A program made the position numbers and the translations under genes. The notes under the pieces were generated by a model. The model was not told the DNA's origin. It saw only the letters and a program-made list of their open reading frames with translations, and did no database searches. Shown here in pieces: positions 43,181-53,778 of a DNA stretch of 64,000 bases; within the stretch, counting starts at the first letter, position 1, and each line of letters opens with the position of its first letter. The stretch covers positions 4,675-68,674 of the forward strand of contig QHUU01000056.1 in NCBI GenBank assembly GCA_003222155.1, in the 5' to 3' direction. Source of the DNA: Gemmatimonadota bacterium (lineage in GTDB: Bacteria; Gemmatimonadota; Gemmatimonadetes; Gemmatimonadales; GWC2-71-9).

Positions 43181-44371
43181 ATGAGTAGTGATCAAACCAC
43201 CCCGGTCATTCTGAGCGCCTGCCGCACGCCCATCGGCAGGTATCTGGGCGGCCTGTCCGCGCTGCCCGCTCCTCAACTCGGCGCCCTCGTGATCCGCGAA
43301 GCGGTGCGTCGGGCGGGCGTCGAGCCCGCCGCCGTGGAGGAAGTGATCATCGGGAACGTGCTGCAGGGCGGCGTGGGCCAGGCGCCGGCGCGCCAGGCGG
43401 CGATCCACGCCGGTCTCCCCGGCACCGTCCCCGCAATGACCATCAACAAGGTCTGCGGCTCGGGGCTCAAGGCCGTGATGCTCGCCGCGCAGGCGATTAA
43501 AGCAGCCGACGCGCAATGCGTGGTCGCCGGTGGCATGGAGTCGATGTCCAACGCGGCGCACTACGTGTACGGCATGCGCGGCGGGATCAAGCTGGGGAAC
43601 CGCGAGCTCGTGGACGGCATGATCCGCGACGGCCTGTGGGACTCGTTCTCCGACGTCCACATGGGCAGCCTCGCCGAGTACACCGCCAAGAAGGCCGGGG
43701 TATCGCGCGTGGACCAGGATCGGTTCGCCCTGGCGAGCCACCAGAAGGCCGTGGCCGCCATGGCGGCGTGCCGGTTCAAGGCGGAGATCGTGCCCGTCGA
43801 GGTGCCGGGGAAGGAGGGAGCGAGCGCGATCGAGAAAGACGAGGGTCCCCGCAAGGACACGTCGCTCGAGGCGCTCGCGGCGCTGAAGCCGTCGTTCGAG
43901 CCGGGCGGCAGCGTGACGGCCGGCAACGCGCCGGGGTTGAACGACGGTGCGAGCGCGCTGGTCGTCGCCTCGCTGGCGTTTGCCAAGGCGCACCGGCTCG
44001 AACCGCTGGCGCGCATCACCGCCTACGCCAGCGGCGGCGGCGAGCCCAAGGATCTGTTCTTTGCGCCCATCGTCGCGGTCCAGACCCTGATGGCGAAGGC
44101 GAAGACGACCATCGACGACTACGAGCTGATCGAGGCGAACGAGGCGTTCGCCGTGCAGGCGCTGGCCGACGGCCGCGCCCTCGGCTGGGACTGGGAACGC
44201 GTCAACGTGAACGGCGGCGCGATCGCGCTCGGGCACCCCATCGGTGCCTCCGGCGCGCGCGTGCTCACGACGCTGCTCTATGCCTTGCGGGACCGCAAGC
44301 AGACGACCGGCCTTGCCACCCTCTGTCTTGGGGGCGGCAACGCCGTGGCCCTGAGCGTGGAGATGCTCTGA
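43181..44371 (+). CDS. acetyl-CoA C-acetyltransferase (thiolase II)
   Basis: AAGGA SD. Active-site Cys context INKVCGSGLKA. C-terminal NGGAIALGHPIGASG and CLGGGNAVAL. Confidence 0.95.
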   Translation: MSSDQTTPVILSACRTPIGRYLGGLSALPAPQLGALVIREAVRRAGVEPAAVEEVIIGNVLQGGVGQAPARQAAIHAGLPGTVPAMTINKVCGSGLKAVMLAAQAIKAADAQCVVAGGMESMSNAAHYVYGMRGGIKLGNRELVDGMIRDGLWDSFSDVHMGSLAEYTAKKAGVSRVDQDRFALASHQKAVAAMAACRFKAEIVPVEVPGKEGASAIEKDEGPRKDTSLEALAALKPSFEPGGSVTAGNAPGLNDGASALVVASLAFAKAHRLEPLARITAYASGGGEPKDLFFAPIVAVQTLMAKAKTTIDDYELIEANEAFAVQALADGRALGWDWERVNVNGGAIALGHPIGASGARVLTTLLYALRDRKQTTGLATLCLGGGNAVALSVEML

Positions 44372-44934
44372 TGCAGGCTCACCCTGCCGTCGTGTCCGCG
44401 CCGTCGCTCAGCGCTCGACGCGCCCTCGCCGCCGCGCTCGGCGTCGCGCTGGTCGCGCTCGCGGCCCAGATCGCGATCCCGCTGCCCGGCACCCCCGTGC
44501 CGATGACCCTGCAGCCGTTGGCCGTGCTGCTGGTGGGCGGGTGGCTCGGGGCGCGGCTCGGCGCCGGGTCGCTCGTCTGCTATCTCGCCCTCGGCGCGGC
44601 CGGCTTTCCCGTGTTCACCCCGTACGGCCTCCCCGGCGTGGCGCGCCTGCTCGGGCCCACCGGCGGGTACCTCCTCGCCTACCCGGTCGCCGCCTTCGCG
44701 GTCGGAAGGCTCGCCGGAGACGGCGCTCGCTGGGGCCGGGTGACGGTCGCCGTCTTCACCGGTCTGGCCCTGATCCACCTCGGCGGCCTGGCTCAGCTCC
44801 TGATTCTCACGGGCAGCGCGACGGGCGCGCTGCGACTCGGTACGCTCCCGTTTCTGATCGGCGACTTGGTGAAAGTCACGATCGCCGTCCTGGTCCTGCA
44901 GCCAACCGTGAGTCCGGTCCGCGCGCGCCTATGA
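44371..44934 (+). CDS. bioY: biotin transporter BioY
   Basis: The ATG overlaps the thiolase stop by 1 nt (TGATG). [43 protein letters not shown]. Confidence 0.85.
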   Translation: MQAHPAVVSAPSLSARRALAAALGVALVALAAQIAIPLPGTPVPMTLQPLAVLLVGGWLGARLGAGSLVCYLALGAAGFPVFTPYGLPGVARLLGPTGGYLLAYPVAAFAVGRLAGDGARWGRVTVAVFTGLALIHLGGLAQLLILTGSATGALRLGTLPFLIGDLVKVTIAVLVLQPTVSPVRARL

Positions 44935-45800
44935 CGGCGCGCGTTTCGTTTGCGCACCGGGCGCGAGCGCCCGCCGTCGCGGTCGCGTGGATCGCGCTGT
45001 TCGCAGGCGTCGGTGTCGGAGCGAGTGTCGTCGTGCATCAGGTGCCGCTGCACCCAGACCCACGCTGGTGGCTCGCCTGGAGCTCGCTCGCCTCGGTCCT
45101 GGGCTTCGGACTCGCCACCTGGGTCGTGGGCCGCTGGCTCGATCGCCGGTCATGGGAGGCTCTGGGCTGGCGCCCGCGCACCGGCGGCGCCCGCGCGCTG
45201 CTGCTCGGGGCCGGCGCCGGGGGCGTCATGGCCGCGACCGCCGTGGCGCTCGCGGTCGCTGGTGGGCAGACCGCGGTGGCGGCGCGTGGCGAGTGGGCGG
45301 TCTGGAGCTGGACTGCCGCCGCCTTGCCGCTGGGCGCGGGATTTCTGCTGGCGGCCCTGACCGAAGAGCTGATGTTTCGCGGCTATCCGCTGCGCCGGCT
45401 CGCCGAAGCGGTCGGCGCGGGACCCGCGACGGCGATCGCGGGCGCGGGATTCGCCCTGGCGCACCTCGGCAACCCGAGCGCCACGGCGTTCTCCACGGTG
45501 AACGTCGGGCTCGCGGGGGTTTGGCTCGCCGCCGCGTTCTTCTCGCCGGGCGCGATGCCGCTCGCCTGGGGCGCCCACTTCGGCTGGAATGCGACCCTGG
45601 CGCTCGGGTTCGCGGCGCCCGTGAGCGGCTACGCGTTCCCGCTGCCGGCGCTCGAGTACCGTCCCGGCCCGCACGCGTGGATCGACGGCGGCGCCTTCGG
45701 CCCGGAGGGTGGCATCGTCGCGACGCTGGTGATGCTCGGCGGGACCGCGGCCCTGGTCGCCTGGAGCCGGCGCGCGCCGGGCGTGCAGGCCGCGTCGTGA
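44931..45800 (+). CDS. CPBP-family intramembrane glutamic endopeptidase (CAAX protease-like)
   Basis: ATGA overlap. Motifs [20 protein letters not shown]. Confidence 0.8.
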   Translation: MTARVSFAHRARAPAVAVAWIALFAGVGVGASVVVHQVPLHPDPRWWLAWSSLASVLGFGLATWVVGRWLDRRSWEALGWRPRTGGARALLLGAGAGGVMAATAVALAVAGGQTAVAARGEWAVWSWTAAALPLGAGFLLAALTEELMFRGYPLRRLAEAVGAGPATAIAGAGFALAHLGNPSATAFSTVNVGLAGVWLAAAFFSPGAMPLAWGAHFGWNATLALGFAAPVSGYAFPLPALEYRPGPHAWIDGGAFGPEGGIVATLVMLGGTAALVAWSRRAPGVQAAS

Positions 45801-46645
45801 GCCGGGTGGCGGTGGTGGGGGCGGGGACGATGGGCAACGGTATCGCCCACGTGTTCGCGCAGCACGGGTGGGACACGGCCTTGATCGACGTAGCGCCCGG
45901 TCTGGTCGAGCGGGCGGTCGACATCATCCGCGCGAACCTGGAGCGTCAGGTGAAGAAGGGGACGCTCACGGCGCAGCAGCGCGACGCCGCGCTCGGGCGC
46001 ATCCGGACGGCGTCGAGCCTCGACGCCGTGGCGGACGCGGAGCTCGTCGTGGAAGCCGCGACGGAGCAGCCCGACGTCAAGTTCAGGATCTTCCGCGACC
46101 TGGACCGGGTGGCGCCGCCGGCCGCGATCCTCGCCACCAACACGTCCGCGATCTCGATCACGACGATCGCCGCTCAGACTCGACGCCCCGCCCAGGTGAT
46201 CGGGATGCACTTCATGAATCCCGTGCCCGTCATGCAGCTCGTGGAGGTGATCCGCGGGCTCGAGACTCGCGAAGAAACCGTTGGGAGGGTTGTGGAGGTT
46301 GTGAAGGTTCTGGGAAAGACACCGGTCGTGGTGAACGATGCGCCGGGGTTCGTCTCGAACCGCGTGCTCATGCCGATGATCAACGAGGCGGTGTTCTGCG
46401 TGATGGAAGGCGTCGCGACGCCGGACGCGGTGGACACCGTGATGAAGCTCGGCATGAACCATCCGCTGGGGCCGCTGGCGCTCGCCGATCTGATCGGCCT
46501 GGACGTGTGTCTCGCGATCCTCGAGGTGCTGCAGCGCGACCTGGGAGACGACAAGTACCGTCCCGCGCCGCTGCTGCGGAAAATGGTCGCGGCGGGGCGG
46601 CTGGGCCGCAAGAGCGGACGGGGCTTCTATGTCTATCGCGATTGA
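45797..46645 (+). CDS. hbd: 3-hydroxybutyryl-CoA dehydrogenase
   Basis: GTG 45797 (GTGA overlap). [14 protein letters not shown] Rossmann motif, [17 protein letters not shown]. Confidence 0.93.
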   Translation: MSRVAVVGAGTMGNGIAHVFAQHGWDTALIDVAPGLVERAVDIIRANLERQVKKGTLTAQQRDAALGRIRTASSLDAVADAELVVEAATEQPDVKFRIFRDLDRVAPPAAILATNTSAISITTIAAQTRRPAQVIGMHFMNPVPVMQLVEVIRGLETREETVGRVVEVVKVLGKTPVVVNDAPGFVSNRVLMPMINEAVFCVMEGVATPDAVDTVMKLGMNHPLGPLALADLIGLDVCLAILEVLQRDLGDDKYRPAPLLRKMVAAGRLGRKSGRGFYVYRD

Positions 46646-47774
46646 GCCCGCGGGTCTCTCCGAGACGCAGCGCCAGATCGTGGAGCTGGCGCGTGAGTTC
46701 GCGCGCACCCGCATTGAGCCGTTCGCGGCGGAGTGGGATCGCACGGCGCACTTCGCCCGCGACGTCATCGACGCCCTCGGGGAGCTGGGGTTCCTCGGGA
46801 TGTGCGCGCCCGAGGCGTACGACGGCATGGGCCTCGACACGGTGACTTACCTGCTCGCCCTCGAAGAGATCGCGGCAGCGGATGCCAGCATCGCCGTGTC
46901 GCTCTCGATCCACAACGCGATTCCCACCACGATGCTCGTGCGCCACGGCACGCCGGCGCAAAAGGAGCGCTTCCTGAAGGGCATGGCCCGCGGGGAGCTG
47001 CTGGCGGGGTTCGCGCTCTCGGAGCCCGAGTCGGGATCGGACGCCGCCGCGCTGCGCACCCGGGCGGTGCGCGACGGCGACCGGTGGGTGCTCTTAGGTA
47101 CGAAGGCGTGGGCCACGAACGGTGCCACGGCCGACCTGATGATGGTGATGGCCCGCACGGAGCGCGGCATATCCGCCTTCATTGTGCCCACCGACACGCC
47201 GGGTTATCGTCCGGGGAAGCCCGAGGAGAAGATGGGCCTGCGTGCCTCGAACACGGTGGCGGTGGCGCTCGAGGACGTACACCTGCCGGCCGACCAGCTA
47301 CTGGGCGAAGACGGGGCAGGGTTCGGCTACGCGATGGAGGGGCTGGACGCGGGCCGGCTGGGGATCGCGGTGCAGGCGGTGGGCATCGCGCGGCGGGCGC
47401 TCGAGCACGCGGTCGCGTACTGCGACCAGCGCAAGCAGTTCGGCCAGCCGTTGCGCGAGTTCCAAGGCGTGCAGTTCAAGCTCGCCGACATGGCCACGCG
47501 GGTGGAGGCGGCGCGCGCGCTGGCGCATGTCGCGGGGGCGCGCCGGGACCGGGGCGAGGACGTCACCACGTCGGCGAGCATGGCCAAGCTGTTCGCTGCC
47601 GAAACCGCGATGTGGGTCACGACGCAGGCGGTGCAGCTGTTCGGCGGGTACGGCTACATGCGGGACTTTCCCGTGGAGAAGCTGTTTCGCGACGCCAAGG
47701 TCACGGAGATCTATGAGGGGACCAGTGAAATCCAGCGCATCCTCGTCGCGCGCGGTCTCTATCCCCGCGGCTGA
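46629..47774 (+). CDS. acyl-CoA dehydrogenase (short-chain type)
   Basis: 381 aa. [17 protein letters not shown], and C-terminal [12 protein letters not shown]. Confidence 0.93.
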   Translation: MSIAIEPAGLSETQRQIVELAREFARTRIEPFAAEWDRTAHFARDVIDALGELGFLGMCAPEAYDGMGLDTVTYLLALEEIAAADASIAVSLSIHNAIPTTMLVRHGTPAQKERFLKGMARGELLAGFALSEPESGSDAAALRTRAVRDGDRWVLLGTKAWATNGATADLMMVMARTERGISAFIVPTDTPGYRPGKPEEKMGLRASNTVAVALEDVHLPADQLLGEDGAGFGYAMEGLDAGRLGIAVQAVGIARRALEHAVAYCDQRKQFGQPLREFQGVQFKLADMATRVEAARALAHVAGARRDRGEDVTTSASMAKLFAAETAMWVTTQAVQLFGGYGYMRDFPVEKLFRDAKVTEIYEGTSEIQRILVARGLYPRG

Positions 47775-47782
47775 CGAGATCC

Positions 47783-48220
47783 TTGGCTGAGCGGATTTAC
47801 GTCGGCGCGGACCACGCCGGCTTCCAGCTGAAGGGGCAGCTCGTGGACGAGCTCAAGCGCCTCGGGTACGACCCGGTGGACGTGGGCCCGCAGGCGATGG
47901 ACCCGGCCGACGACTTCCCCGACTACGGCCGCCCCGTGGCGGAGGCCGTCAGCACCGGGAAAGCGCGGCGCGGCGTCTTGACCTGCGGCACGGGGCTCGG
48001 GATGGCGTATGTGGCGAACCGGTTCCCGCGCGTGCGGGCGGCCGTGGCCTGGAGCCCGGAGATCGCGGAGCTGGCGCGCAAGCACAACGACGCCAACGTT
48101 CTCGTGTTGCCCGCGCGCTTCGTGAGCGAGGAGGAAGGGTTGGAGATCCTGCACAAGTGGCTCGACACCGCGTTCGAGGGTGGGCGCCACGAGCGGCGCG
48201 TCGCCAAGATCGACTCATGA
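47783..48220 (+). CDS. rpiB: ribose-5-phosphate isomerase B
   Basis: TTG start. [35 protein letters not shown]. Confidence 0.9.
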   Translation: MAERIYVGADHAGFQLKGQLVDELKRLGYDPVDVGPQAMDPADDFPDYGRPVAEAVSTGKARRGVLTCGTGLGMAYVANRFPRVRAAVAWSPEIAELARKHNDANVLVLPARFVSEEEGLEILHKWLDTAFEGGRHERRVAKIDS

Positions 48221-49497
48221 TCGACCGGCGCACCCCGCTCGCCAAGGCGGACCCCGCCATCGCCCAGCTCATCCGCCGCGAGGTGGAGCGGCAGGAGCAC
48301 GGGCTCGAGCTGATCGCGAGCGAGAACTTCGTCTCCGTCGCCGTGATGGAGGCGATGGGCACCGCCCTGACCAACAAGTACGCCGAGGGATTGCCGAAGA
48401 AGCGGTACTACGGCGGGTGCGAGGTGGTCGACGAGGTGGAGCAGCTCGCCATCGACCGCGCCAAAACCCTGTTCCAGGCGGAGCACGTCAACGTGCAGCC
48501 GCACTCGGGGGCGCAGGCGAACATGGCCGCCTACCTCGCGGTCGCCAAACCGGGCGACACGCTGCTCGGGCTGGCGCTGCCGCACGGCGGCCACCTGACC
48601 CACGGCGCCGGGGTCAACTTCTCGGGCACGCTGTTTCGCGCCGTGCATTACGGCGTCCGCGAGGAAACCGGCCGTATCGACTACGACCAGGTGCGTGAGA
48701 TCGCGCGGCGCGAGCGGCCGCGCCTGCTGATCGGCGGGGCTTCCGCGTACGCCCGGATCATCGACTTCGCGGCGCTCAAGAGCATCGCCGATGAGGTGGG
48801 CGCCATCTTGGTCGTGGACATGGCCCACATCGCCGGCCTCGTCGCCGCGGGAATCCATCCCTCGCCCGTACCGCACGCGCCGATCGTGACGACCACCACC
48901 CACAAGACGCTGCGGGGCCCGCGCGGCGGGTTGATCCTGTGTCAGGAGATGTTCGCCAAGGACGTGGACAAGCAGGTGTTCCCCGGCCTCCAGGGCGGGC
49001 CGCTCGAGCACGTCATTGCCGCGAAAGCGGTGGCCCTGGGCGAAGCCATGACCCCCGAATTCAAGAGCTACGCGCGGCAGGTGGTGCAGAACGCGCAGGC
49101 GCTCGCCGCGGCGCTGGTGGAGCACGGCTACGCGATCGTGTCGGGTGGCACCGACACGCATCTGATGCTGGTGGACCTCCGGTCCAAGCGGGTGACCGGC
49201 AAGGAGGCTCAGGAGCTGCTCGACCGGGCGGGCATCACCGTGAACAAGAACACCATTCCCGGAGACCCCCAGAAAGCTTTCGTCACGAGCGGGATCCGGA
49301 TCGGCACGCCGGCCGTGACGACGCGAGGATTCACCGAGACGGAGATGCATACTGTGGCGACACTCATCGACACCGTGCTCACGAACAAGGACGACGCCAC
49401 CATCGCGCGGGTCAAGGCGGAGGTGCGCGAGCTGACGGAGCAGTTCCCCCTGTACGCGGCACCGGTCCGCGCCACGGCGGGGGCGCGCCATGGCTGA
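48217..49497 (+). CDS. glyA: serine hydroxymethyltransferase
   Basis: ATGA overlap. ELIASENF, and the PLP-lysine motif [14 protein letters not shown]. Confidence 0.97.
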   Translation: MIDRRTPLAKADPAIAQLIRREVERQEHGLELIASENFVSVAVMEAMGTALTNKYAEGLPKKRYYGGCEVVDEVEQLAIDRAKTLFQAEHVNVQPHSGAQANMAAYLAVAKPGDTLLGLALPHGGHLTHGAGVNFSGTLFRAVHYGVREETGRIDYDQVREIARRERPRLLIGGASAYARIIDFAALKSIADEVGAILVVDMAHIAGLVAAGIHPSPVPHAPIVTTTTHKTLRGPRGGLILCQEMFAKDVDKQVFPGLQGGPLEHVIAAKAVALGEAMTPEFKSYARQVVQNAQALAAALVEHGYAIVSGGTDTHLMLVDLRSKRVTGKEAQELLDRAGITVNKNTIPGDPQKAFVTSGIRIGTPAVTTRGFTETEMHTVATLIDTVLTNKDDATIARVKAEVRELTEQFPLYAAPVRATAGARHG

Positions 49498-49954
49498 GAG
49501 CGGCGGTTCCACGGGACGCCCCTCCCGGGGCTCGGGCTCGCTCACGGTCCATCCGGCGGAGGAGCTCGAGGTCTATTTCAACGAGGTCGCCCACGGCCGT
49601 CCGGTGGGCTTCGTCGCCTCCGCCAAGTGGAAGCCCCCCACCGATATCTTCGAGACCGACGAGGCGCTCTTCGTCTACATGGACATCGCGGGCATGCGCT
49701 CCGAGGACTTCACCGTCGAGTACGTGGACGGCATCCTCACGATCGCGGGGGAGCGTCAGGCGCGGCGTAACGAAGGAAAACCCCACTACCACGCGATGGA
49801 AGTGCAGGTCGGCCCGTTCGAGCGGCGTTTCCGCCTGCCCGTCCCGGTCGACCCCGAAAGCATCCGCGCGAGCTACGAGCAGGGCTTTCTCGAGGTGTGG
49901 CTCGCCAAACTGCCGGCGCGCCTTTCAGGGCCGCAGTCGGTTCGGGTGCAGTAG
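49490..49954 (+). CDS. Hsp20/alpha-crystallin small heat-shock protein
   Basis: Alpha-crystallin domain [21 protein letters not shown]...GILTIAGER...GFLEVWLAK. Overlaps the glyA end by 8 nt. Confidence 0.85.
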   Translation: MAESGGSTGRPSRGSGSLTVHPAEELEVYFNEVAHGRPVGFVASAKWKPPTDIFETDEALFVYMDIAGMRSEDFTVEYVDGILTIAGERQARRNEGKPHYHAMEVQVGPFERRFRLPVPVDPESIRASYEQGFLEVWLAKLPARLSGPQSVRVQ

Positions 49955-52339
49955 GTGGATCGTCTTCCCGTCCTGCCGCTGGGGCGGTTGGTCGTCTATC
50001 CGCACGTCGTGCTGCCGATGGCGCTCACCGACCCGTACGCCGTACAGCTCATCGACGAGGTGGTGCAGGGTAACAAACGGCTGCTGCTGGGGGTCGTGAA
50101 ACCGCTCGGCGGGACCGAGCCCCCCGAGGGGGCCGTCATGCATGCCCGTGCGGACGAGCTGTACGAGGTCGGCACGCTCAGCACGGTCGTGCGCATGCTC
50201 AAGCTGGGCGACGGTTCGGTGCGCGTCATGGTGCAAGGCCTGGAGCGCGCCCGCCTCCAGGAGATCACGCCCGCCGAGCACTGGCTGGTCGCGGCCTATG
50301 AGACGTTCGCCGGCGTCCAACCGGAGGATGCGCGCACCGAGGCGTTGAAGCGCACCGTGCATGCCCAGTTCTCCCGCGTCATCGACATCGCGCCCTACCT
50401 GGGCGAGGAGCTGCACGAGGTGCTCGTCGGCATTACCGACGCGGGCAAGCTCGCCGACTTCGTAGCCGCCAACTTGGACCTCGCCCTCCCGGCCAAGGCC
50501 GAGCTGCTCGCCATCGACGACGTGAATCACCGGCTGGAGCGCCTGGCGGAACTGCTCGGCCAGGAGCTGCAGGTGCTCGAGGTCGGCAGCCAGATCCAGG
50601 AGAAGGTGCGGACGCGGCTGGACCAGAACCAGCGCGAATACGTGCTGCGCGAGCAGCTGCGCGTCATCCGCCAGGAGCTGGGTGAAGAGGACGCGGACGA
50701 CGAGCTGACGGAGCTGGCCCACCGGCTCGACGGCGCCGGCCTGCACGAGGAAGCCACCAAGGTGGTCGAGCGCGAGCTCAAGCGGCTGCGGCAGATGTCG
50801 CCCCAGTCGGCCGAGTACCACGTGGCGCGTACCTACCTCGAAGTGTTCGCGACCCTGCCGTGGAACCGCACCTCGGAAGACCGGCTCGATCTGAAGGCCG
50901 CGCGCGACATCCTCGATCGCGATCACTACGATCTCAAGACCGTCAAAGAGCGGATCCTCGAGTATCTCGCCGTGCGCACGCTCAACCGGGCGGCGCGCGG
51001 CAGCATCATGTGCTTCGTCGGGCCGCCGGGCGTCGGCAAGACGTCGCTCGGCCAGAGCATCGCGGAGGCGCTGGGCCGGCGCTTCACGCGCGTGTCGCTC
51101 GGCGGCGTGCGCGACGAAGCGGAGGTGCGCGGCCACCGCCGCACCTACGTCGGCGCGCTCCCGGGACGCATCATCCACGCGCTGCAACGCTGCGAGACGC
51201 GCAACCCCCTGTTGATGCTCGACGAGGTGGACAAGATGGGCGCCGACGTGCGCGGCGATCCGACCGCCGCACTGCTCGAGGTGCTCGACCCGGCGCAGAA
51301 CGGCGCCTTCGTGGACCACTACCTCGAGGTGCCGTTCGACCTGTCGGGCGTCATGTTCATCGCCACCGCCAACAGTCTCGCGCCGATCCCCGACCCCCTG
51401 CTCGACCGCATGGAGGTGCTCACCTTGCCCGGCTACACCCCGGGCGAGAAGCTGGCGATCGCCAAACGCTACCTGCTCCCACGGCAGCTCACCGAGACGG
51501 GGCTCACCGCGGAGCGCGCCGGCATCGCCGACGGCGCGCTGGAGCGCCTCATCGCCGAGTACACGCGCGAGGCCGGCGTGCGGCAGCTCGAGCGCGAGAT
51601 CCAGGGCGTGCTCCGCAAGGCCGCGCTCGACGTGGTCGAGGGACGCGCGGCCGTGGTCAAGATCACCGCCAAGAACGTCGAGAAGTACGCCGGCCAGCCC
51701 AAGGTGCAGAGCGAGGTGGCGGGGCGGACCCCCGAGGTCGGCGTCGCAACCGGACTCGCGTGGACGCCGGTGGGCGGCGACATCATGTTCATCGAGGCGA
51801 TCCAGATGCCGGGCAAGGGGCTCATCACCCTCACCGGCCAGCTGGGCGACGTGATGAAGGAATCCGCCCAGGCGGCGTGGAGCCTGCTGCGCGCCCGCGC
51901 CGGCCCGTTGGGGATCCCGCTCGAGGCGTTCACGCAAACCGACGTGCACCTCCACCTGCCCGCGGGGGCGGTCCCCAAGGACGGCCCGTCGGCGGGGATC
52001 GCCATCGCCACGGCGCTGGCGTCGCTGTTGTGCCGCCGCCCGGCGCGGCACGACGTGGCAATGACGGGCGAGCTGACGCTGCGCGGCCGCGTGCTGCCGA
52101 TCGGCGGGCTCAAAGAGAAGCTGACGGCCGCCGCCCGCGCCGGCGTGAAGATGGTGCTCGTGCCGGCCCGCAATCAGAGCGACATCGTGGAGGTCCCGGA
52201 CGAAGTGAAGCAGCTGCTCGAGATCACGCCGGTGGAAACGATCGACGAGGTGCTCGCCCTGGCACTGCTCGAGCCGCGCCCGACCCGCCCCGTGGCGGTG
52301 CGGGCTCGACCCTCGGGGCCGACGGAGGCCCGGCCATGA
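49955..52339 (+). CDS. lon: ATP-dependent Lon protease
   Basis: GTG directly after the hsp20 stop. LPVLPLGRLVVYPHVVLPM, Walker A GPPGVGKTS, protease Ser context KDGPSAGIA. Confidence 0.97.
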   Translation: MDRLPVLPLGRLVVYPHVVLPMALTDPYAVQLIDEVVQGNKRLLLGVVKPLGGTEPPEGAVMHARADELYEVGTLSTVVRMLKLGDGSVRVMVQGLERARLQEITPAEHWLVAAYETFAGVQPEDARTEALKRTVHAQFSRVIDIAPYLGEELHEVLVGITDAGKLADFVAANLDLALPAKAELLAIDDVNHRLERLAELLGQELQVLEVGSQIQEKVRTRLDQNQREYVLREQLRVIRQELGEEDADDELTELAHRLDGAGLHEEATKVVERELKRLRQMSPQSAEYHVARTYLEVFATLPWNRTSEDRLDLKAARDILDRDHYDLKTVKERILEYLAVRTLNRAARGSIMCFVGPPGVGKTSLGQSIAEALGRRFTRVSLGGVRDEAEVRGHRRTYVGALPGRIIHALQRCETRNPLLMLDEVDKMGADVRGDPTAALLEVLDPAQNGAFVDHYLEVPFDLSGVMFIATANSLAPIPDPLLDRMEVLTLPGYTPGEKLAIAKRYLLPRQLTETGLTAERAGIADGALERLIAEYTREAGVRQLEREIQGVLRKAALDVVEGRAAVVKITAKNVEKYAGQPKVQSEVAGRTPEVGVATGLAWTPVGGDIMFIEAIQMPGKGLITLTGQLGDVMKESAQAAWSLLRARAGPLGIPLEAFTQTDVHLHLPAGAVPKDGPSAGIAIATALASLLCRRPARHDVAMTGELTLRGRVLPIGGLKEKLTAAARAGVKMVLVPARNQSDIVEVPDEVKQLLEITPVETIDEVLALALLEPRPTRPVAVRARPSGPTEARP

Positions 52340-52722
52340 GCGACTTCGCCACACTGGAAGAGGCGTTCGCGCGCATCGGGCAGCAGGACGGGCGCTACCC
52401 CGAGCGTGGCTACCTGTTCGTGCTGGCGGCGCTCGAGTATGCCCAGGGGAAGCTCCCCGCGCGTCGCCACCTCGCCGGGGCGGAGCTCGCCTGGGCGTGC
52501 CGCGACTTCGCGCTCGAGCAATTCGGCCTGCTCGCGCCGACCGTCCTGGCGCACTGGGGTATCACCAGCACCGAGGACCTCGGGCGCATCGTCTTCACGC
52601 TGATCGACGTCGGACTGCTGGCGCGTCAGCCGAGCGACAAGCCCGAGGACTTCGAGCGGGTGTACGATTTCGCCGAGGTGTTTCGCACCGGCTACGGCTG
52701 GCCCGGCGTGGAGCGCGGGTAG
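52336..52722 (+). CDS. hypothetical protein (possibly Minf_1886/TIGR04138-like, from memory)
   Basis: ATGA overlap with lon. MSDFATLEEAFARIGQQDGRYPERGYLFVLAALEYAQ... Confidence 0.55.
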   Translation: MSDFATLEEAFARIGQQDGRYPERGYLFVLAALEYAQGKLPARRHLAGAELAWACRDFALEQFGLLAPTVLAHWGITSTEDLGRIVFTLIDVGLLARQPSDKPEDFERVYDFAEVFRTGYGWPGVERG

Positions 52723-52753
52723 CAGGCGTCGGATCGGGCGAAGGGGGTGCCGC

Positions 52754-52951
52754 ATGGAGGACGTGAAAGAATGGCCCGCCTGCCGGAAGTGTCAGCAAGG
52801 TCTCTTGATCCCGTTATCGGACTACGGTCGCGACGGGGCGCCGATTACCTACAAGGCCTGGGTCTGCACTAACCCGGAATGCGGGTTCAACATACGCATC
52901 GATAACGGAGAGATCTCCTTCGGTCGGGCGATCGGCCAGAGCTTCAAGTAA
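52754..52951 (+). CDS. small zinc-ribbon protein (65 aa)
   Basis: CRKC...CTNPEC four-Cys pattern. GAAGGGGG SD. Locally lower GC. Confidence 0.5.
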   Translation: MEDVKEWPACRKCQQGLLIPLSDYGRDGAPITYKAWVCTNPECGFNIRIDNGEISFGRAIGQSFK

Positions 52952-52953
52952 GC

Positions 52954-53778
52954 TTGGACGCCGTGCGCGCGCCCGCCGTGAGCGGGCGCTTCTACCCTGC
53001 AGTGCCGGCACAGCTCGAGCGCACCGTGCGCGAGCTGCTCGATGCGGTGGCGGGGGCGCGGCCGGCGGCGGCACGGGCGGCCGTCGCGCCGCACGCGGGC
53101 TATCCCTACTCCGGACGCACCGCGGCGCAGGTGTTCGCGCGCCTCGAGATCCCGCCGGTCGTCGTGATCGTCGCGCCCAACCACACCGGCGTGTGCCGGG
53201 CGCCGGGCGGAGCGTCGTTGTGGGAGGCCGGCGCGTTTCGCACGCCGCTGGGCGACGTGGGTGTCGACGAGGCGTTCGCGCGGGCGCTCGTCGCTGAGTC
53301 GCCGCTCGTGGGGCCGGACCACGCCGCCCACACCGGGGAGCACGCCGTGGAGGTGGAGTTGCCCTTCCTCCAGCTGCGGCGCGCCGACGTGCGGATCGTC
53401 CCGCTGGTGCTCGCGTGGGACGCGTGGCAAGGCTGCCTCGAGCTGGGCGAAGCGCTCGCGGGACTCGTGGGACGCTGGCCGCAGCCGGTCCTGTTGCTCG
53501 CGTCGAGCGACCTGAATCACTATGAGCCGGCGGCCGTCTCGGAGCGCAAGGACCGGCGCGCGCTCGAGGCGGTCGCGGCCCTGGACGGCGCAGAGCTGCT
53601 CCGTCGCTGCCGCGGCGAAGCGATCTCGATGTGCGGCCGGGGGCCCACCGCCACCGTGCTCGTCGCGGCACGGGCGCTCGGGGCGCGCGCGGCCGAGGTC
53701 GTGCACTACAGCCACTCCGGAATGGTGACGGGGGAGGAGGAGGCCGTGGTGGGCTACGGAGGAGTGGTGATCCCGTGA
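52954..53778 (+). CDS. MEMO1-family protein (AmmeMemoRadiSam system protein B)
   Basis: TTG start. SGRFYP, AVAPHAGYPYSG, SSDLNHY, CGRGP. Confidence 0.85.
   Translation: MDAVRAPAVSGRFYPAVPAQLERTVRELLDAVAGARPAAARAAVAPHAGYPYSGRTAAQVFARLEIPPVVVIVAPNHTGVCRAPGGASLWEAGAFRTPLGDVGVDEAFARALVAESPLVGPDHAAHTGEHAVEVELPFLQLRRADVRIVPLVLAWDAWQGCLELGEALAGLVGRWPQPVLLLASSDLNHYEPAAVSERKDRRALEAVAALDGAELLRRCRGEAISMCGRGPTATVLVAARALGARAAEVVHYSHSGMVTGEEEAVVGYGGVVIP

Noticed and set aside
46288-46309. GGTTGTGGAGGTTGTGAAGGTT inside hbd as a second copy of the G-rich decamer repeat.
   Set aside because: It is imperfect, lies in frame within conserved coding sequence (RVVEVVKV), and is explained by Val/Glu/Lys codons.
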